Below the pieces are notes generated by a model. That model was not told where the DNA came from, ran no database searches, and worked only from the letters and a program-made list of their open reading frames with translations. DNA of 64,000 bases. Source: Chiloscyllium plagiosum. Lineage: Eukaryota. This document shows, in pieces, positions 61,270 through 64,000 of this stretch; position 1 is the first letter of the stretch; the number at the start of each line of letters is the position of its first letter. Location: NCBI RefSeq assembly GCF_004010195.1, contig NC_057719.1:13319904-13383903 (forward strand). Reading direction: 5' to 3'. A program made the translations under genes and the position numbers.

Positions 61270-63612
61270 AGTTTAAACATTGTAAAATATTCAGGGAAAA
61301 GGATAGACCTGGTCCACAAGTTAAGGGTCCACACTGGGGCAAGGCCAGTTTTGATGGATTGGACAGGAAGCTTTCAAAAGTTGATTGGGAGAGGCTGTTC
61401 ACAAGCAAAGGGATGTCTGGAAAGTGGAAGGCTTTTGAACATGAGATCACAAAGGTTAAGAGCCAGCATGTTCCTGTTAGTGTGAAGGGCAAGGCTGGCA
61501 GGAGGAGGGAACACTGGATGACTGGAGATATTGAGGCTCTGGACATAGAGTCATAGAGATGTACAGCATGGAAACAGACCCTTCAGTCCAACCCGTCAGT
61601 GCCGACCAGATAGGGCAACCCAATCTAGTCCCACCTGCCAGCACCCAGCCCATATCCCTCCAAACCCTTCCTATTCATATACCCTTCCAAATGCCTCTTA
61701 AATGTTGCAATTGTACCAGCCTCCACCACTTCCTCTGGCAGCTCATTCCATACCCATACCGCCCTCTGTGTGAAAAATATGTCAGGTATTGGCAGCTGGG
61801 ATCAAGTGACTCCTTGAGGAGTATGGGAATAAAGGAATACACTTAACAGGGAAATCAGGACAGTAACAGGAGGACATGAGATAGCTTTGGCAGGTAAGAT
61901 TATGGAGAATCTAAAGAAATTTGAAAAGTATATTCAGAGCAAAAGAATAACTAGGAAGGGAATAGGATCTCTTACAGGTCAATGGGGCCATATTTTGCAT
62001 CAGTTTTTACTGTGGAGAAAGATATGGAAGCTAGGGAACTCAGGGAAATAAATAGTGATGTCTGAAAAGAGTCCACATTTCAAACAAGGAAGTGCGGGAG
62101 GTCTTAAAACACAGATAGACAGATAAATCTCAGGGCCTGACCAAGTGTATGCCAAGACATTGCAGGAAGCTAGGGAAGAAATTGCGGGGCCCCTAACAGA
62201 GATATTTATATCATCGACAGCCATGGGTGAGGTGTCCGAATACTGGATGGTGGTTAATGTTGTGCCATTACTGAAGAAAGGCAACAAGAAGTCAGGCATC
62301 TACAGACCGGTGAGCCTGACATCAATGGTAGGTAAGTTGTTGGAGGGGATTTTGAGAGACATGATTTACATACACTTAGAAAGGCAAGGACTGATTAGGG
62401 ATAGTCAGCTTGGGCTTTGTGCGTGGGAAATCATATCTCACGAACTTGACTGAGTTTTTTGAAGAGGTGACCAAGAGGACGGATGAAGTCAGAGTGTTAG
62501 ATGTCTACATGGACTTTAGCAAGGCCTTCAACAATGTTCTGCATAGTAGACTGGTTAGTAAGATTAGATCACATAGGATCCAGGGAGAGCTGGCCAATTG
62601 GATACAAAATTGGCTTGACAGTAGGGACAGAAGGTGGTGGCAGCGGATTGTTGTTCACACTGGAGGCTGATGACCAGTGGTGTGCCGACAGGATCAGTGC
62701 TGGGTCCACTATTCTTTATCATTTATATAAATGATTTGGATGAGTATATAGGAGGTACGGTTAGTAAGTTTGTGGATCACACCAAATTTAGTGGTACAGT
62801 GGACAGTGAAAAAGGTTATCCGAGAGTACAACGGGATCTTGATCAAGTGGGCCAGTGGGCCAAGGAATGGCTGAGGGAGTTTAGATTAATGCGAGCAGTT
62901 GCATTTTGGTAAGACAAACTGGGGAGGACTTACACAGTTATTGGTACAGCCCCTGGGAGTGTTGTCAAACAGAGAAATCTAAGGGTGCAGGTACACTGTT
63001 CCTTGAAAGTGGTGTCACAGGTAGATAGGGTGGTGAAGTAGGTGTTTGACACAGTTGCCTTTATCGGTTAGTGCATTGAGAGTGCAGGAGTTAGGATGTC
63101 AGCTCTACAAGACAACCACTTTTGAGTACTACATACAATTCTGGTCATCCTGCTATAGGAAGGATGTTATTAAACTGGAAAGGGTGGAAAAGAGATTTGC
63201 AAGAATGTGACCGAGGGTTTGAGGCTGAATAGGTTGAGATGTTTTTCCCTGGAGTGTAGGAGGCTGGGGAGGTGACCTTACAGAGGTTTATAAAATCATG
63301 AGAGATGTAGATATGTCAAGGTATTTTCCCCAGGATGGGGGAGCTCAAAACTAGGGGGCATAGATTTAAGGTGAGAGGAGACGGCTATAAAGGGGACCTC
63401 AGGGGCAACTTTTCCACACAGAAGGTGGTGTGTATATAGAAGGAGCTGCCAGAGGAAGTGATAGAGGTAGGTACAAATACAACATATGGATAGGTACATG
63501 GATGGGAAAGATTTGTAGGGATACCGGCCAAATGGGATTAGTCCAGTTTAGGAAAACTGATTGGCATGGACAGGTTGGACCAAAGAGACTGTTTCCCTGC
63601 TGTATGGCTCTA
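61270..63612 (+). mobile_element. Long decayed CR1 ORF2 (RT) to 3' end
   Basis: EEIAGPLTEIF, YRPVSLTS, YMDFSKAF, SGVPTGSVLGPLFFIIYINDLD, SKFVD; frameshifts and stops. Confidence 0.93.
61543..61776 (-). mobile_element. Young CR1 3' end nested in older CR1
   Basis: Nearly identical to 34493-34730. Confidence 0.9.
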
Positions 63613-64000
63613 TGTTGAGGATCCCACGTGTGAGTTAACAATGGAAAACAGCTATTCTATCTGAAAGACTTGTCAAAGATATTCTCTTAACATCCTGAAT
63701 GAGCTGGGTCTAAACAAATCACTGTGGGATAACTAAATATGCATCCACTTGTACATGAAAGTCTGAGTGAAAGCAATCTAAAATATTTCATATCATATTC
63801 TCTAATTCCCAGAAAATTAACAACTATTTGGGACAAAATTTTTCACCAATGTGAATTTTCAGAGGAAGTTCCCTTATTTTTCACTATCTTGCATTTGTGT
63901 GTGTGTTGAGGTTTTTTAGAGGGTAATTTAGACTGTCACAACTCACTGGGGTAATGTACTGGAAATGAAGTCCCACTGTTCCCACAGTCATCACATATGT

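Noticed and set aside
61270..63612. Functional reverse transcriptase gene
   Set aside because: Multiple frameshifts and stops plus a nested insertion

Overview
Repeat-dense vertebrate genomic DNA, very probably a shark or other elasmobranch (inferred from HE1-type tRNA SINEs, abundant CR1 LINEs and Penelope-like elements). The only host coding sequence I can support is the last coding exon of a minus-strand SYNDIG1-family (dispanin/CD225) gene, most like SYNDIG1L, at 10047-10205. I found no preceding exon, so positions ~10206-64000 look like one intron of at least 53 kb (two N gaps cannot be read). The intron is packed with decayed CR1/L2-type LINEs, two or more SINE families, a hAT remnant, Tigger-like MITEs, solo LTRs and VNTRs. 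The most notable signal is at least five families of short, usually fold-back, TSD-flanked Penelope-derived elements that each carry a minimal type I hammerhead ribozyme motif (CUGA-N-GA / stem II / GAAA / palindromic stem III / NUH). Several copies have an intact core, some on the host pre-mRNA strand. Also present: an SVA-like VNTR-plus-LINE-tail retroposon with a TSD, a TG..CA fold-back built from two LTR ends with a 5-bp TSD, and a SINE flanked by a 263-bp direct duplication. Repeat boundaries are by eye and approximate; family letters A-F are my own labels.
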